NCBI GenBank assembly: GCA_963810095.1
Contig: CAWEMM010000012.1
Location: 608,001-672,000 of the forward strand
DNA from: an uncultured Chloroflexia bacterium
GTDB lineage: Bacteria > Chloroflexota > Anaerolineae > CG2-30-64-16
DNA: 64,000 nt
Direction: 5' to 3'
Shown: in pieces, positions 1 to 10,063 of the stretch
Position numbering within the stretch: the first letter of the stretch is position 1
Layout of the letters: every line of letters begins with the position of its first letter
The notes under the pieces: generated by a model
The model's database searches: none
Told to the model about the DNA's origin: nothing
The model's input: only the letters and a program-made list of their open reading frames with translations
Made by a program: the position numbers and the translations under genes

Positions 1-835
1 CAACAGGGCGGCCGCGTCCAGGGGATACCCCGCATGGACGGCGGCCTCGGCCGCTTGAATTGCCAGCCGGTCCATGATCTCCATCGCGCCCGGCAGCAGG
101 CCCGAAGCGACCACACTGGCCACGGCCTCGCCCGCGAGCTCGAGGCTGTGGTAGGCGGCCAGCACCGTGCGGAACCGCTCGGGCTTGCTCAGCAGCCGCA
201 GCGTGATCTCGAGTGCGACCCCGAACAGCCCTTCTGACCCGACGAAGAGCCCTACCAGGTCAGGCCCAACCGATTCGAGGCTGTCGGAGCCGAGCGTTGC
301 GACCTCACCGTCGGGCAGCACGGCCCTGATGCCGAGCACGTGGTTTGAAGTCATGCCGTACTTGAGGCAGTGCGCGCCGCCCGAGTTGAATGCGACGTTC
401 CCGCCGATTGTGCAGACGGACTGGCTGGAGGGATCGGGCGCGAAGTAGAGACCGTAAGGCGAGGCCGCCCGGGTGACGTCGAGGTTGATCACCCCGGGCT
501 CGACGACGGCGATGCGCTCGTCCGGGTCGATCCGCAGCACCCGGTTCAGCCGGTTCAGCGTGATCAGCACGCCGTCCTCCACGGGCAGCGAGCCGCCCGA
601 AAGACTCGTGCCGCTGCCCCGCGCAACGAACGGCACGTGATGCCGGTGGCAGAGGCGCACCGTCTGAATGACCTCTTGCTGGTTCTCGGGAATGACGACT
701 GCAGCCGGCCGCACCCGGTACGCGGTCAGCGCGTCCGATTCGTATGGCGTCATGGCCGCCGTGGACGTCAGGATGCGCGAGGGGGGATAAAGCCTCGCTA
801 GTTCGCTCAGCCAGCTGAGAGCAGTCACGCTTCAC
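1..835 (-). CDS. glcD: FAD-linked oxidase, glycolate oxidase GlcD-like (runs off window edge; frameshift near 780)
   Basis: Manual translation of the minus strand gives [49 protein letters not shown] and [10 protein letters not shown], all typical of GlcD. Confidence 0.8.
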
Positions 836-868
836 ACCTCCCGACGCTCAGGCCCGCCGCCGGTCGTT

Positions 869-1522
869 TCAGGCCGGAACCGGCGCGCTCCGGCGCCCCA
901 AAGCGCGGTCCAGCGCAATCAACAGCGCGGCGAACAACAAGAAGAAGAGCGTGAGACCGGCCGAATTCCGGAACACCCCCGCCGCGCCCAGGAGATTGAC
1001 GTCGATAAACGGGTACGGATACGAGCCGATGAACGCGCCGCGCAGCAGCGAGTAGCCGAGATAGACCAGCGGGTAGATCAGTACCTTGGGCCCATCGCGC
1101 CATGCCAAGCGGCCATGATCTTCCAGCAGCAGCCAGGACAGCGGGAACAGCAGCGGGGTGACATAGTGCATCAGCACGTTGACGGTCATCTGCAACCCCT
1201 GTGGGCTCCACAGAGAAGCCAGAAGGAGCGCGTAGATGATCCCGGTCGTCACAATATAAACGACGATGACCATGCGGACGGAGGATCGGGCGAAGAACCG
1301 CCCCACGGCGCTCTGGCTGGCGAACAGCGGTAACGTGCAGGCCAGTGCGACGAACAGGTTCGTCTGGATCGTCCAGTAGCTCAGCGTCGACACGATCACG
1401 CCCACGAAGGTTTGCCCCGGCCGGGCATTACTGAATGCCAGGTAGAACTGGCCGGCAACGCCCGCCCACGCGATCGCCGCGACGAGCGTCCACGCCACCT
1501 GGCGAAGCTGCTCGAGCCTCAT
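869..1522 (-). CDS. Pr6Pr-family integral membrane protein
   Basis: Hydrophobic ORF with SYWTIQTN, MHYVTP and YPYPFID motifs; start placed at MRLEQ. Confidence 0.75.
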   Translation of the reverse strand: MRLEQLRQVAWTLVAAIAWAGVAGQFYLAFSNARPGQTFVGVIVSTLSYWTIQTNLFVALACTLPLFASQSAVGRFFARSSVRMVIVVYIVTTGIIYALLLASLWSPQGLQMTVNVLMHYVTPLLFPLSWLLLEDHGRLAWRDGPKVLIYPLVYLGYSLLRGAFIGSYPYPFIDVNLLGAAGVFRNSAGLTLFFLLFAALLIALDRALGRRSAPVPA

Positions 1523-1664
1523 GCTTGTCCTCGTTTCGTCGTAACAACGCCCCCAGTATAAAGCCTCGCGACTCAATTGACACGTACACAGCTTCCACTC
1601 CGCCGCTGCGCCGGCGATTTGGCAAGCGTCCGGAGCAAAAGGGCTCCCAAGCGCAATATGGGTA

Positions 1665-1694
1665 TTGACAGCTTAAAAGGTTTTTTGATATACT
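1665..1694 (+). promoter_or_regulatory. Sigma70-type promoter of lacI/sugar operon
   Basis: TTGACA-18nt-TATACT with extended -10 TG. Confidence 0.7.
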
Positions 1695-1759
1695 CGCTCG
1701 CGTAAGTGCAGGTCAGCGTGCTCGCGTTGACCGAGGCACGACCACACGAGGTCCACGCC

Positions 1760-2851
1760 ATGCCCACCGTCAAAGATGTCGCAAGCAAGGCCAACGTCTC
1801 CCCTGGGACCGTCTCTAACGTCCTGACCGGGAAGCGCCCGGTCGCCTCGGCCACCCGAGAACGCGTCCTCCGGGTTATCGACGAGCTGGGTTATCAGCCG
1901 AACATTTTGGCGCGCAGCCTCATCAATCGACGCAGTGAAACCATCGCGGTCGTCGCGTCCGGACTCGAGTACTTCGGCCCCGCACAGGCGGTAACCGGCA
2001 TCGAGCGCGAGGCCGACGGCAGCGGCTACTCCGTCATCCTCGAACTCGTCCCATGGCTCGACAGCATCCAGGCGAAGCGAGCGCTCTCCACCCTGGTGGG
2101 CCGCCAGGTCGACGGCATCATTTGGGCTGTTCCCGAGATTGGCAACAACCGCGACTGGATCACCTCGCACGACCTCGAACGTCTGCCGCCGATCGTCTTC
2201 CTCAGCATGGGCGAGCGGCCGGGCCTGCCCATCGTCACGGCCGAAAACCGGGCGGGTGCGCGCATGGCAACCCAACATCTCGTGCGGCAGGGCCGCCGGC
2301 GCATCGGCCGCGTTTCCGGCCCCAACGATTGGTGGGAGGTACGCGAGCGCGGCATCGGGTGGGCCGAAGCGTTGGACGAAGCCGGCCTATGGTGTGATGA
2401 TTCGCTGATCGTGGCCGGCGATTGGTACGCCAGCAGCGGCGAAGGCGGCCTGGGCACGCTCCTCGAGCGCCACCCTGACCTCGACGCGGTGGTCGCCGGC
2501 AACGATCAGATGGCGCTGGGGGTGCTCCGGGCGGCTCGCCTGGCCGGCCGCCGCGTCCCCGACGACTTGGCCGTCGTCGGTTTCGATAACATCCCCGAGG
2601 CCGCCTACTTCTGGCCGCCTCTCACTACGGTCGATCAACACCTGCGCGACGTGGGCAGCGAAGCGGTTCGGCTCTTGAACCAGTTGATCGACGCCCGGTT
2701 AGCGGGCCATCCGGGGCCCGACGTCGTCTGGGCGCCCGGTTCTGTCACGGTGCAGCCCGAACTGATCGTCCGCGAAAGCTCGGGGGCTTCCCCGACGGGC
2801 AGCGGCGCGGCGCACGACGCGCAGTACGAGCTACAGGTTGAAGGGAGGTGA
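1760..2851 (+). CDS. LacI-family transcriptional regulator
   Basis: MPTVKDVASKANVSPGTVSNVL helix-turn-helix, YQPNILARSL hinge, VVGFDN and PPLTTVDQ. Confidence 0.95.
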   Translation: MPTVKDVASKANVSPGTVSNVLTGKRPVASATRERVLRVIDELGYQPNILARSLINRRSETIAVVASGLEYFGPAQAVTGIEREADGSGYSVILELVPWLDSIQAKRALSTLVGRQVDGIIWAVPEIGNNRDWITSHDLERLPPIVFLSMGERPGLPIVTAENRAGARMATQHLVRQGRRRIGRVSGPNDWWEVRERGIGWAEALDEAGLWCDDSLIVAGDWYASSGEGGLGTLLERHPDLDAVVAGNDQMALGVLRAARLAGRRVPDDLAVVGFDNIPEAAYFWPPLTTVDQHLRDVGSEAVRLLNQLIDARLAGHPGPDVVWAPGSVTVQPELIVRESSGASPTGSGAAHDAQYELQVEGR

Positions 2852-2928
2852 GGGGGAATCCCACACGGTCGTCAATGTCGCTTTGGTAACACCACAGTCG
2901 GTTACTCTCTCATGGAGGAGACAAGCTC

Positions 2929-3972
2929 ATGAAGACCCGCACGATCCTGACACTGATTCTGGTCATCCTGGTGATGGCCCTGACCTCCTGTGCTCCGGCC
3001 GCACCCGCCGCTGCACCCGCCCAGCAACCTGCCGCGGCGGCGCCTGCGGCTGCCGCTGACAAATGGTGCTCGAACGTCCACCTCGTCTTCTTCCCCGGCG
3101 GCGGACAGGGCACCCCGTTTACCAACAACGTCTACAACGGCGCCAAGGCCGCCCAGGCCGACCTCGGCCCGAAAGTTGACTACGTCTTCTCGGATTGGGA
3201 TCCGCAGAAGATGATCCAGCAGTTCAAGGAAGCCGCGGCCACCAAGCCCGACGGCATCGCGGTGATGGGCCATCCCGGCGACGAGTCCTTCGATTCGATC
3301 ATCATGGACGCCGAGAAGAACGGCATCCTGGTGACGAGCCAGAACACAACCCTGCCGAAGATGGAAGCCGCCTACTCGGGCCAGGGCTTCGGCTACGTGG
3401 GCCAGGACCTCTACGGCTCGGGCGCTGCGCTCGCCACTGAGGCGATCAAGCGCTTCGGCCTGAAGTCGGGCGACAAGGCGATGGTCTGGGGCCTGATGTC
3501 CCAGCCCACACGCGGTCAGCGCACAAAGGGCGTCACGGAAACACTGGAGAAGGCCGGCCTGAAGGTCGACTACATCGAAATCGACGCGGCGACCAGCGCC
3601 GACGCGGCCGCGGGCACGCCCACCTTCGTCGGCTACGTTTCGGCCAACCCGGACGTCAAGCTGATCGTGACCGATCACGGCGGGCTCACCTCCACGGCCG
3701 AGACCTACCTGAAGGCGGCCAACAAGAAAGCCGGGGACATCCACATCGCCGGCTTTGACCTCTCGCCTGCGACTGTAACGGCGATCAAGGGCGGCTGGAC
3801 CGAGCTTGTCATCGATCAGCAGCCCTGGCTCCAGGGCTACCTGCCCATCCTGCAGCTGTGCCTGACCAAGACCTACGGGTTCTCGGGCCTGCACGTAGAC
3901 ACGGGCGGCGGGTTCGTCAGCAAGGACAACATCGACTTCCTGGCCCCGCTCGCACAGAAGGAAATCCGGTAA
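2929..3972 (+). CDS. Sugar ABC transporter substrate-binding lipoprotein
   Basis: Lipobox LTSC, Ala/Pro linker, periplasmic-binding fold motifs (GFDLS, IDQQPWLQGY). Confidence 0.9.
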   Translation: MKTRTILTLILVILVMALTSCAPAAPAAAPAQQPAAAAPAAAADKWCSNVHLVFFPGGGQGTPFTNNVYNGAKAAQADLGPKVDYVFSDWDPQKMIQQFKEAAATKPDGIAVMGHPGDESFDSIIMDAEKNGILVTSQNTTLPKMEAAYSGQGFGYVGQDLYGSGAALATEAIKRFGLKSGDKAMVWGLMSQPTRGQRTKGVTETLEKAGLKVDYIEIDAATSADAAAGTPTFVGYVSANPDVKLIVTDHGGLTSTAETYLKAANKKAGDIHIAGFDLSPATVTAIKGGWTELVIDQQPWLQGYLPILQLCLTKTYGFSGLHVDTGGGFVSKDNIDFLAPLAQKEIR

Positions 3973-3980
3973 CGATCGCT

Positions 3981-4037
3981 CAACACAAAGACACGGAGGC
4001 ACCCCAGACGCCTTCGTGTCTTTGTGCCTTGGTGTTA
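3981..4037. repeat. Intergenic palindromic repeat, family C (cacaaagaca...gtgtctttgtg)
   Basis: Inverted repeat built from ~8-nt units; relatives at 9962-10038, 27961-28066 and a half copy near 26650. Confidence 0.6.
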
Positions 4038-4050
4038 AGGAAGGCCTGCG

Positions 4051-4824
4051 ATGGACCACCTGCTCGAATTACGAAACGTATCCAAGACGTTCGGCGAAGT
4101 CGGCGCCCTGCACGACGTTAACTTCCACGTCGGCCCGAACGAGATCGTGGGCCTGCTGGGCGACAACGGCGCCGGGAAGTCAACCCTCATCAAAATTATG
4201 ACCGGCTATCACCGCCCCGATCCCGGCGGCGAAATCTACTGGAAGGGTCAGCGCCTGGACCACCTCAACGTGGCGAAGGCGCGCGAGCTAGGGATCAACC
4301 CGGTTTACCAGGAACGTGCCCTTGCCGACCAGCAGTCGCTTTGGCGTAACCTATTTTTGGGTCGCGAGTTGACAACACATTTCGGCGTCCTCGACGTGAA
4401 GAAGATGCGCACCGAAACGGCGCGGCTCATGCAAGAGCACATGGGCTTCACGTCCTCAGCCATTACACCGGAGTCGCCGGTCAAGACCATGTCGGGCGGC
4501 GAACGGCAAGGTGTCGCAATCACACGGGCGCTGTACTTCCAGGCCGAACTCATCATATTGGACGAGCCCACTATGGGCTTGTCGCTCTCGGAAACGAAGA
4601 AGGCCCTGGATTTTGTCGAAGGCATCAAGCGTGCGGGCAAGGCCTGCATTTTCATCGACCATAACATCTTCCACGTGTACCCGGTTGTGGACCGGATCGT
4701 CGTGCTTGACCGTGGCACGGTCGCCGGGCAATTCATGAAGGGCGAGCTGACGCTCGAGCAACTGATCGACCGGCTCTACCTGGTGGCGAAAACGGGCGAT
4801 CTAGCCAAGGAGGAGCAGTCGTGA
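4051..4824 (+). CDS. Sugar ABC transporter ATP-binding protein
   Basis: Walker A GDNGAGKST, signature MSGGERQ, Walker B IILDEPT. Confidence 0.95.
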   Translation: MDHLLELRNVSKTFGEVGALHDVNFHVGPNEIVGLLGDNGAGKSTLIKIMTGYHRPDPGGEIYWKGQRLDHLNVAKARELGINPVYQERALADQQSLWRNLFLGRELTTHFGVLDVKKMRTETARLMQEHMGFTSSAITPESPVKTMSGGERQGVAITRALYFQAELIILDEPTMGLSLSETKKALDFVEGIKRAGKACIFIDHNIFHVYPVVDRIVVLDRGTVAGQFMKGELTLEQLIDRLYLVAKTGDLAKEEQS

Positions 4825-5855
4825 GCATGGAAGTCAAAGCAGACAGCTCGCCTTCCGACAGGCCGCTCGGCAACAACCGGCGCACAAGCTCAGGCTTCGT
4901 TCAATGGGCGCGGCGCAACGCGCTGCAGCTCGGCATCGTGGCCGTCGCCCTCGTCCTGTGGCTGGTTTTCCTGATCGCCTCGCCGCGCACCTTCCTCTCG
5001 TATCCCATCTACAGCGCATTCATGCAGTCCACGCCGTACTTCGCGATTATGGCCATCCCGCTAACGCTGGTTGTGATCACCGGCGAGATCGACCTGTCCT
5101 TTCCTTCGATCGCGGCGTTGGGAATGGTCCTATACGCCATCGGATTCGATCTAACTGGGAATGCCTTGGTCGCGGCAATCTTGTGCATAGGCGCAGGAAT
5201 TCTCGCGGGGCTCTTCAACGGCGTCATTATTACGAAGGTCGGCATACCTTCGATCGTGGCCACGCTCGCGACCTCGTTCCTGTTCCGCGGCATGGTGCTA
5301 GTCATGCGCAACTCGCAAGGCTACTCGCTGGGCGGATCTAAGGGTACGGCCGTGGATAAATTACTCGTCGGCCGTGTTTTCGACAAGATCCCGATGCAGT
5401 TCGTCATAGCTATCGTCGTGGCGATCGTGATCTGGTTCTTCCTGAACCGGCACCGCTTCGGAGCGCACGTGTATGCGGTGGGCGACAACAAGGACAGCTC
5501 ACGCCTCATGGGCATCCCGGTCGACCGGGTCAAGACGTTAACCTTCGTTATCGTCGGCGGCTTCGCAGCCCTGGCTGGCCTGATCCAGAGCCTCGACGTG
5601 TCGTATTTCTGGCCGATGCTAGCCAGCGGCCAACTGCTAAACACCCTGTCGTCGGTCTTCCTGGGTGGTACATCCGTCTTCGGTGGCACCGGCACCATCT
5701 TCGGTACTTTCGTCGCCTCTTTCGTCATCGGCGCCATCAATGCCGGAATCGTGGCCGCCGGCCTGACCGACCAGTGGACCCAGGTCATCTACGGCTTGAT
5801 CTTGCTCGTCTCCGTCGGCCTCCAAGTCGTACTCAGCAGGAGACTCAGAAGGTAA
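4821..5855 (+). CDS. Sugar ABC transporter permease (RbsC-like)
   Basis: GEIDLS, GIPSIVATL and LGGTSVFGG motifs; many transmembrane segments. Confidence 0.95.
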   Translation: MSMEVKADSSPSDRPLGNNRRTSSGFVQWARRNALQLGIVAVALVLWLVFLIASPRTFLSYPIYSAFMQSTPYFAIMAIPLTLVVITGEIDLSFPSIAALGMVLYAIGFDLTGNALVAAILCIGAGILAGLFNGVIITKVGIPSIVATLATSFLFRGMVLVMRNSQGYSLGGSKGTAVDKLLVGRVFDKIPMQFVIAIVVAIVIWFFLNRHRFGAHVYAVGDNKDSSRLMGIPVDRVKTLTFVIVGGFAALAGLIQSLDVSYFWPMLASGQLLNTLSSVFLGGTSVFGGTGTIFGTFVASFVIGAINAGIVAAGLTDQWTQVIYGLILLVSVGLQVVLSRRLRR

Positions 5856-5865
5856 CGCGGCCCTG

Positions 5866-5914
5866 GAAACGAGGTTTCGCTCCAACACCGTTGGAGTTGC
5901 AGAAACCTCGTTTC
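5866..5914. repeat. Palindromic repeat, family D (gaaacgaggtttc...gaaacctcgtttc)
   Basis: Inverted repeat; similar elements at 11521-11557 and 16301-16337. Confidence 0.6.
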
Positions 5915-5933
5915 TACTATCGAGGAAATCAAG

Positions 5934-7424
5934 ATGATCAATCAGCAGAAATCACGTTTCGCCTTGTTCTTCGGCAACCGGGGCTTCTTCCCCGCGTCGC
6001 TGATCGCGTCGGCCCGCGAAGAGGTCTCCTCCGCGCTGCGCGGGCTCGGCCACGAGGTGTTGATGCTCGGTGCGGACGCCACTCGCTACGGCGCAGTGGA
6101 AACCCCGCTCGAGGGCGAGGTCTACGCCAACTTCCTGCGCCAGCACCGGGGCGAGTTCGACGGGGTCATCGTGTCCCTGCCCAACTTTGGCGACGAGACC
6201 GGCGCGGTGGCCGCGCTCCAGGAAGCCGGCGTGCCCATCATGATCCAGGCTTACCCGGACGAGATGGACAAGATGTCGCCGGCCCTGCGCCGTGACTCGT
6301 TCTGCGGCAAGATCTCCATCATGGACGTCTTCCAGCAGTACCAGGTCAAATTCACGGCGGTCGCACCGCACACGGTCCACCCCTGCTCCGACCGGTTCAA
6401 GGCCGTCGTCGACGAGTTCGACCGGACCTGCCGGGTCGTCCGGGGGATCAAGGGCATGGTCGTCGGCGCGATCGGTGCCCGCACCACGCCCTTCAAGACC
6501 GTCCGCATCGACGAGGTTGCGCTCCAACGCCACGGCATCACGGTCGAAACAGTCGACATGTCCGACGTCTTCGCCCGCATGCGGTCGGTGAAGCCCGAAA
6601 CCGACGCTTACAAGGCGAAGCTGGCGCACATGGCCGGCTACTCCAACTGGGAGGCCGTGCCGGGGACCGCGTTCGACTCCATCGTCCGCCTCGCGGTCGT
6701 GCTCGACGGCCTGGCCGCCGAGATGCGCCTCGACGCAATGGCCGTGCGCTGCTGGACCGAAATCCAGAACGAGTTCGGGATTTCGCCCTGTGTGGCCATG
6801 GGCGCGCTGAACGACGAAGGACTGGCCGCCTCGTGCGAGGTTGACCTGGGCAACACGATCGCCATGAAGGCGATCAGCCTCGCTTCCTATGCCCCACCCG
6901 CCTGCCTGGACTGGAACAATAACTTCACCACCGCGAACGGCGAGGACGAAGACGACAAGTGCATCCTGTTCCATTGCGGGCCCGCGCCGGCCAGCCTCAT
7001 GCTGCCCGGCGGGCACATCACAGACCACTATATCCTTATGGGCACGGTTGGCGAAGGCCGCGGCTTCGGCTGCAACCAGGGCCGGCTCAAACCGATGGAC
7101 TTCACCTTTACCAGCCTCATGACCGAGGCCGGCCGGGTGAAGATGTATCTCGGTGAGGGCAAGATCACGACGGACGCCATCCCGTCGGACTTCTTCGGCG
7201 TGGCCGGGGTCGCCGACATCCCGCACCTGCAAGACGTGCTGCTGCATATCGGCAAGCACGGTCACCGCCACCACGTGAGCATTACGCCCGGAAGGGTGGT
7301 CCGGCCGCTCAATGAGGCGCTGGGGCATTACCTGGGCTTCGACATTTCACTGCCGCAACAAGCGCTTGGCACGCAGCCCGCGCCCGAACATCACCACACC
7401 CGCCTGCAGATTAAGGGGATCTGA
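5934..7424 (+). CDS. L-fucose/L-arabinose isomerase-family protein (copy 1)
   Basis: GNRGFFP, LPNFGDE, RRDSFCGK, RCW, CEVD, FHCG and HHVS motifs. Confidence 0.85.
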   Translation: MINQQKSRFALFFGNRGFFPASLIASAREEVSSALRGLGHEVLMLGADATRYGAVETPLEGEVYANFLRQHRGEFDGVIVSLPNFGDETGAVAALQEAGVPIMIQAYPDEMDKMSPALRRDSFCGKISIMDVFQQYQVKFTAVAPHTVHPCSDRFKAVVDEFDRTCRVVRGIKGMVVGAIGARTTPFKTVRIDEVALQRHGITVETVDMSDVFARMRSVKPETDAYKAKLAHMAGYSNWEAVPGTAFDSIVRLAVVLDGLAAEMRLDAMAVRCWTEIQNEFGISPCVAMGALNDEGLAASCEVDLGNTIAMKAISLASYAPPACLDWNNNFTTANGEDEDDKCILFHCGPAPASLMLPGGHITDHYILMGTVGEGRGFGCNQGRLKPMDFTFTSLMTEAGRVKMYLGEGKITTDAIPSDFFGVAGVADIPHLQDVLLHIGKHGHRHHVSITPGRVVRPLNEALGHYLGFDISLPQQALGTQPAPEHHHTRLQIKGI

Positions 7425-7428
7425 TCAC

Positions 7429-8334
7429 ATGAAGAACGTCGCCGACATCATGCTGAAGGCTCGTGAACTGGGCTTCGGCATCCCTGCCTTCAACATCCCG
7501 TACCTGCCCATGATGCAGCCCGTCTGCAAGGCGGTGAAGGATGCCGATTCCTTCTCGCTGATCGAAGTGGCCCGGCTCGAGATCATGAAGTTCGAATCGA
7601 AGAGCATGGCTGCTGTTGCCGAAGAGTTTGCCAAGTGGGCCGATCGCGAACACGTCCGCCTCCACCTGGACCACGTGCCGGTCATCGACGAGGACCACCT
7701 GCGGGTGGACTACATGCCGGTGTTTCGTGAGGCGGTCGACCTGGGCTACGAATCGCTCATGGTCGACGGCTCGCGGCTGTCGCTCGCCGAGAATATCCGG
7801 GTGACTGCCGAGGTCGCCGAGTTCGGCCACGCGCACGGCCGGCCGGTCGAGGCCGAGTTGGGCGCGGTCATGGGGCATGAGAGCGGGCCCATGCCGCCCT
7901 ACGACGAATTGTTCGCGTCGGGCAAGGGCTTTACGGACGTGGACGAGGCGCGGCGCTTCGCGGAGGAGAGCAAGTGCGACTGGCTGTCGGTGGCCGTCGG
8001 CAACATCCACGGCGCGATCGCCGAGGGCGTGCGCGACCAGAAGAAGCCTGAAGCACGGCTCAACCTTGAGCGCCTGGCCGAGCTAAGCAAAGCGGCGGGC
8101 TGCCCGCTCGTCCTGCACGGAGGCTCAGGCGTCAAGCAGGAGTATGTGCTGGGCTCGTTCAAGCACGGCATCACGAAGGTCAACGTTGGCACGGAGATTC
8201 GCCAGGCATACGAGCACGGTCTCCGCGCCGCAAACGACGTCGAGGCTGCCCAGCAAGCGTGCTACGAGCGCACATACGCCCTGCTGACCGAGTGGTTCTG
8301 CATCGCAGGGATTCAGAAGCAGGTAGTGGGATAA
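7429..8334 (+). CDS. Class II fructose/tagatose-bisphosphate aldolase
   Basis: PAFN, LHLDH, VEAELG, VGNIHG, LVLHGGSG, KVNVGT. Confidence 0.9.
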   Translation: MKNVADIMLKARELGFGIPAFNIPYLPMMQPVCKAVKDADSFSLIEVARLEIMKFESKSMAAVAEEFAKWADREHVRLHLDHVPVIDEDHLRVDYMPVFREAVDLGYESLMVDGSRLSLAENIRVTAEVAEFGHAHGRPVEAELGAVMGHESGPMPPYDELFASGKGFTDVDEARRFAEESKCDWLSVAVGNIHGAIAEGVRDQKKPEARLNLERLAELSKAAGCPLVLHGGSGVKQEYVLGSFKHGITKVNVGTEIRQAYEHGLRAANDVEAAQQACYERTYALLTEWFCIAGIQKQVVG

Positions 8335-8347
8335 ACAGGTGTCGTGT

Positions 8348-8418
8348 GTAGGGGCGAGGCAGCCGGAGCGAGATATCGCCTCAGTCGCAACAGATCCTTC
8401 CGGCTGCCTCGCCCCTAC
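8348..8418. repeat. GTAG-type REP-like palindrome
   Basis: gtaggggcgaggcagccgga ... tccggctgcctcgcccctac, 20-bp perfect inverted repeat. Confidence 0.7.
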
Positions 8419-8441
8419 CAGGAATGGATCGCGGAGGGGAA

Positions 8442-9956
8442 ATGTCCTTACTCGGCATTGACGTCGGCACCAGCGGCTGCAAGTCGGCCGTCTTCTCGGA
8501 GACCGGCGAGCTGCTGACCGTCGCCTACGAAGAATACGACATGGAGCGGCCCCAAACGGGTTGGGCCCAGCTCAATTCGCTCGAAGTCTGGGACAAGGTG
8601 AAGGCCACCATTCGGGCTGCGGTGGGCGACCACGCCGTCGCCCGCGGGGCGGGGCCCGTCCGCGCGCTGGCCGTTTCCTCCATGGGCGAGGCTGTCGTGC
8701 CGGTCACACGCGACCGGCGCATCCTCGGTCCGTCGATCCTGAACTTCGACGTGCGCGGCGCGCGCTACCTCCCGGCCCTCTCGGCTGCCCTGCCCGACCC
8801 TCAGCTCTACCAGGTGAACGGCAATACGCTGGGCAACCACTACTCGTTGCCCAAGCTGAAGTGGATCAAGGAAAACCAGCCGGACCTGTATCGCGAGGCA
8901 GATTACCTGCTGCACTGGGCGGGCTTCGTGTCCTTCATGCTCGGCGCAGACCCCGTGCTCGACTACGCGCTGGCGAATCGCTCGCTGCTGTTCGACGTGG
9001 ACCGCCAGGACTGGTCTGACGACCTGCTGCGGTGGGGCGGCCTTGACCGGGAGAAGCTGCCGGCGCTGTGTCAGGCCGGCGCGCTGGTGGGCGAGGTGCT
9101 GCCGTCCGTTGCCGCCGAGCTGGGCCTGCCTCCCGCCGTCCGAATCGCAATGGGCACACATGACCAGTGCGCGAACGCGGTCGGCTGTGGGGCCATCAAG
9201 CCCGGCCAGGCCATGTATGGCATGGGCACCTTCGTCTGCCTCACCCCTGTATTCGACCAGCGCCCAGACGCATCACGGATGATCTCGCAGGGGCTCAACA
9301 CGGAGCATCATGCCGTGCCGGATCGTTATGTCAGCTTCATCTTCAACCACGGCGGCTCGGTGGTGAAGTGGTATCGCGACACGTTTGCGGCGCAGGACAA
9401 GAAGCTCGCGCAGCGCGAGGGCCGCGACGTCTACAATGACCTCCTGGCCGAAATGCCGCCCGGGCTCTCTTCGGTCCTGGCCCTGCCCCACTTCGCGCCT
9501 ACGGGCCCGCCCGAGTTCGTCGATGATTCTGCCGGCGTGCTCATCGGCCTGAAGCTGGCGACGGCGCGAGGCGATGTCCTGAAGGGCTTGCTGGAGGGCA
9601 TCACGTTCTACGAACGCGAGGTGCTTGACGCGCTGCCCGCAGCAGGCATCAACGTGGACAGCTGCCGGGCGGTCGGCGGCGGGAGCAAGTCGGATGCGTG
9701 GCTGCAGCTTACCGCCGACATCTTCGGCATCCCGGTAGTCCGGCCGAAGGTGACTGAAGCCGGCGTGCTTGGCGCGGCGACCATCGCCGGCGTCGGCGCG
9801 GGCGTCTGGTCGTCTTATGACGAGGCCGTCGCGGAGATGGTCTCGCTCGACCGCACATACGAGCCCCGCATGGACATGCACGAGGCCTACGAGCCCCAGT
9901 ACGAGAAATACCGGCAAATCTGGCCGTTGATGAAGGGTTTTCTGCGCAGTTTGTAA
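8442..9956 (+). CDS. FGGY-family carbohydrate kinase (xylulokinase-like)
   Basis: LLGIDVGTSGCK, THDQ, GGGSKSDAWLQ. Confidence 0.92.
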   Translation: MSLLGIDVGTSGCKSAVFSETGELLTVAYEEYDMERPQTGWAQLNSLEVWDKVKATIRAAVGDHAVARGAGPVRALAVSSMGEAVVPVTRDRRILGPSILNFDVRGARYLPALSAALPDPQLYQVNGNTLGNHYSLPKLKWIKENQPDLYREADYLLHWAGFVSFMLGADPVLDYALANRSLLFDVDRQDWSDDLLRWGGLDREKLPALCQAGALVGEVLPSVAAELGLPPAVRIAMGTHDQCANAVGCGAIKPGQAMYGMGTFVCLTPVFDQRPDASRMISQGLNTEHHAVPDRYVSFIFNHGGSVVKWYRDTFAAQDKKLAQREGRDVYNDLLAEMPPGLSSVLALPHFAPTGPPEFVDDSAGVLIGLKLATARGDVLKGLLEGITFYEREVLDALPAAGINVDSCRAVGGGSKSDAWLQLTADIFGIPVVRPKVTEAGVLGAATIAGVGAGVWSSYDEAVAEMVSLDRTYEPRMDMHEAYEPQYEKYRQIWPLMKGFLRSL

Positions 9957-9961
9957 TACCT

Positions 9962-10038
9962 TTAGCCGCAAAGGCACACACGCACGAAGGCGCACGCATG
10001 CTTTGTGGTGCTTGGTGTCTTCGTGCCTTTGTGGTGAA
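9962..10038. repeat. Palindromic repeat, family C
   Basis: gccgcaaaggcac...ctttgtggtgcttggtgtcttcgtgcctttgtggtg. Confidence 0.6.
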
Positions 10039-10063
10039 TTGAAGCCAGCATGAGGAGCGTATC

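Noticed and set aside
1711-1732. Imperfect palindrome ggtcagcgtgctcgcgttgacc as the LacI operator
   Set aside because: It does not match the usual LacI-family operator pattern and no second copy was seen; unsupported.
4300-5460. Slightly less GC-biased codon usage in the ABC ATPase and permease genes, suggesting horizontal transfer
   Set aside because: Only a visual impression, not quantified, and there are no mobility signatures at the boundaries.
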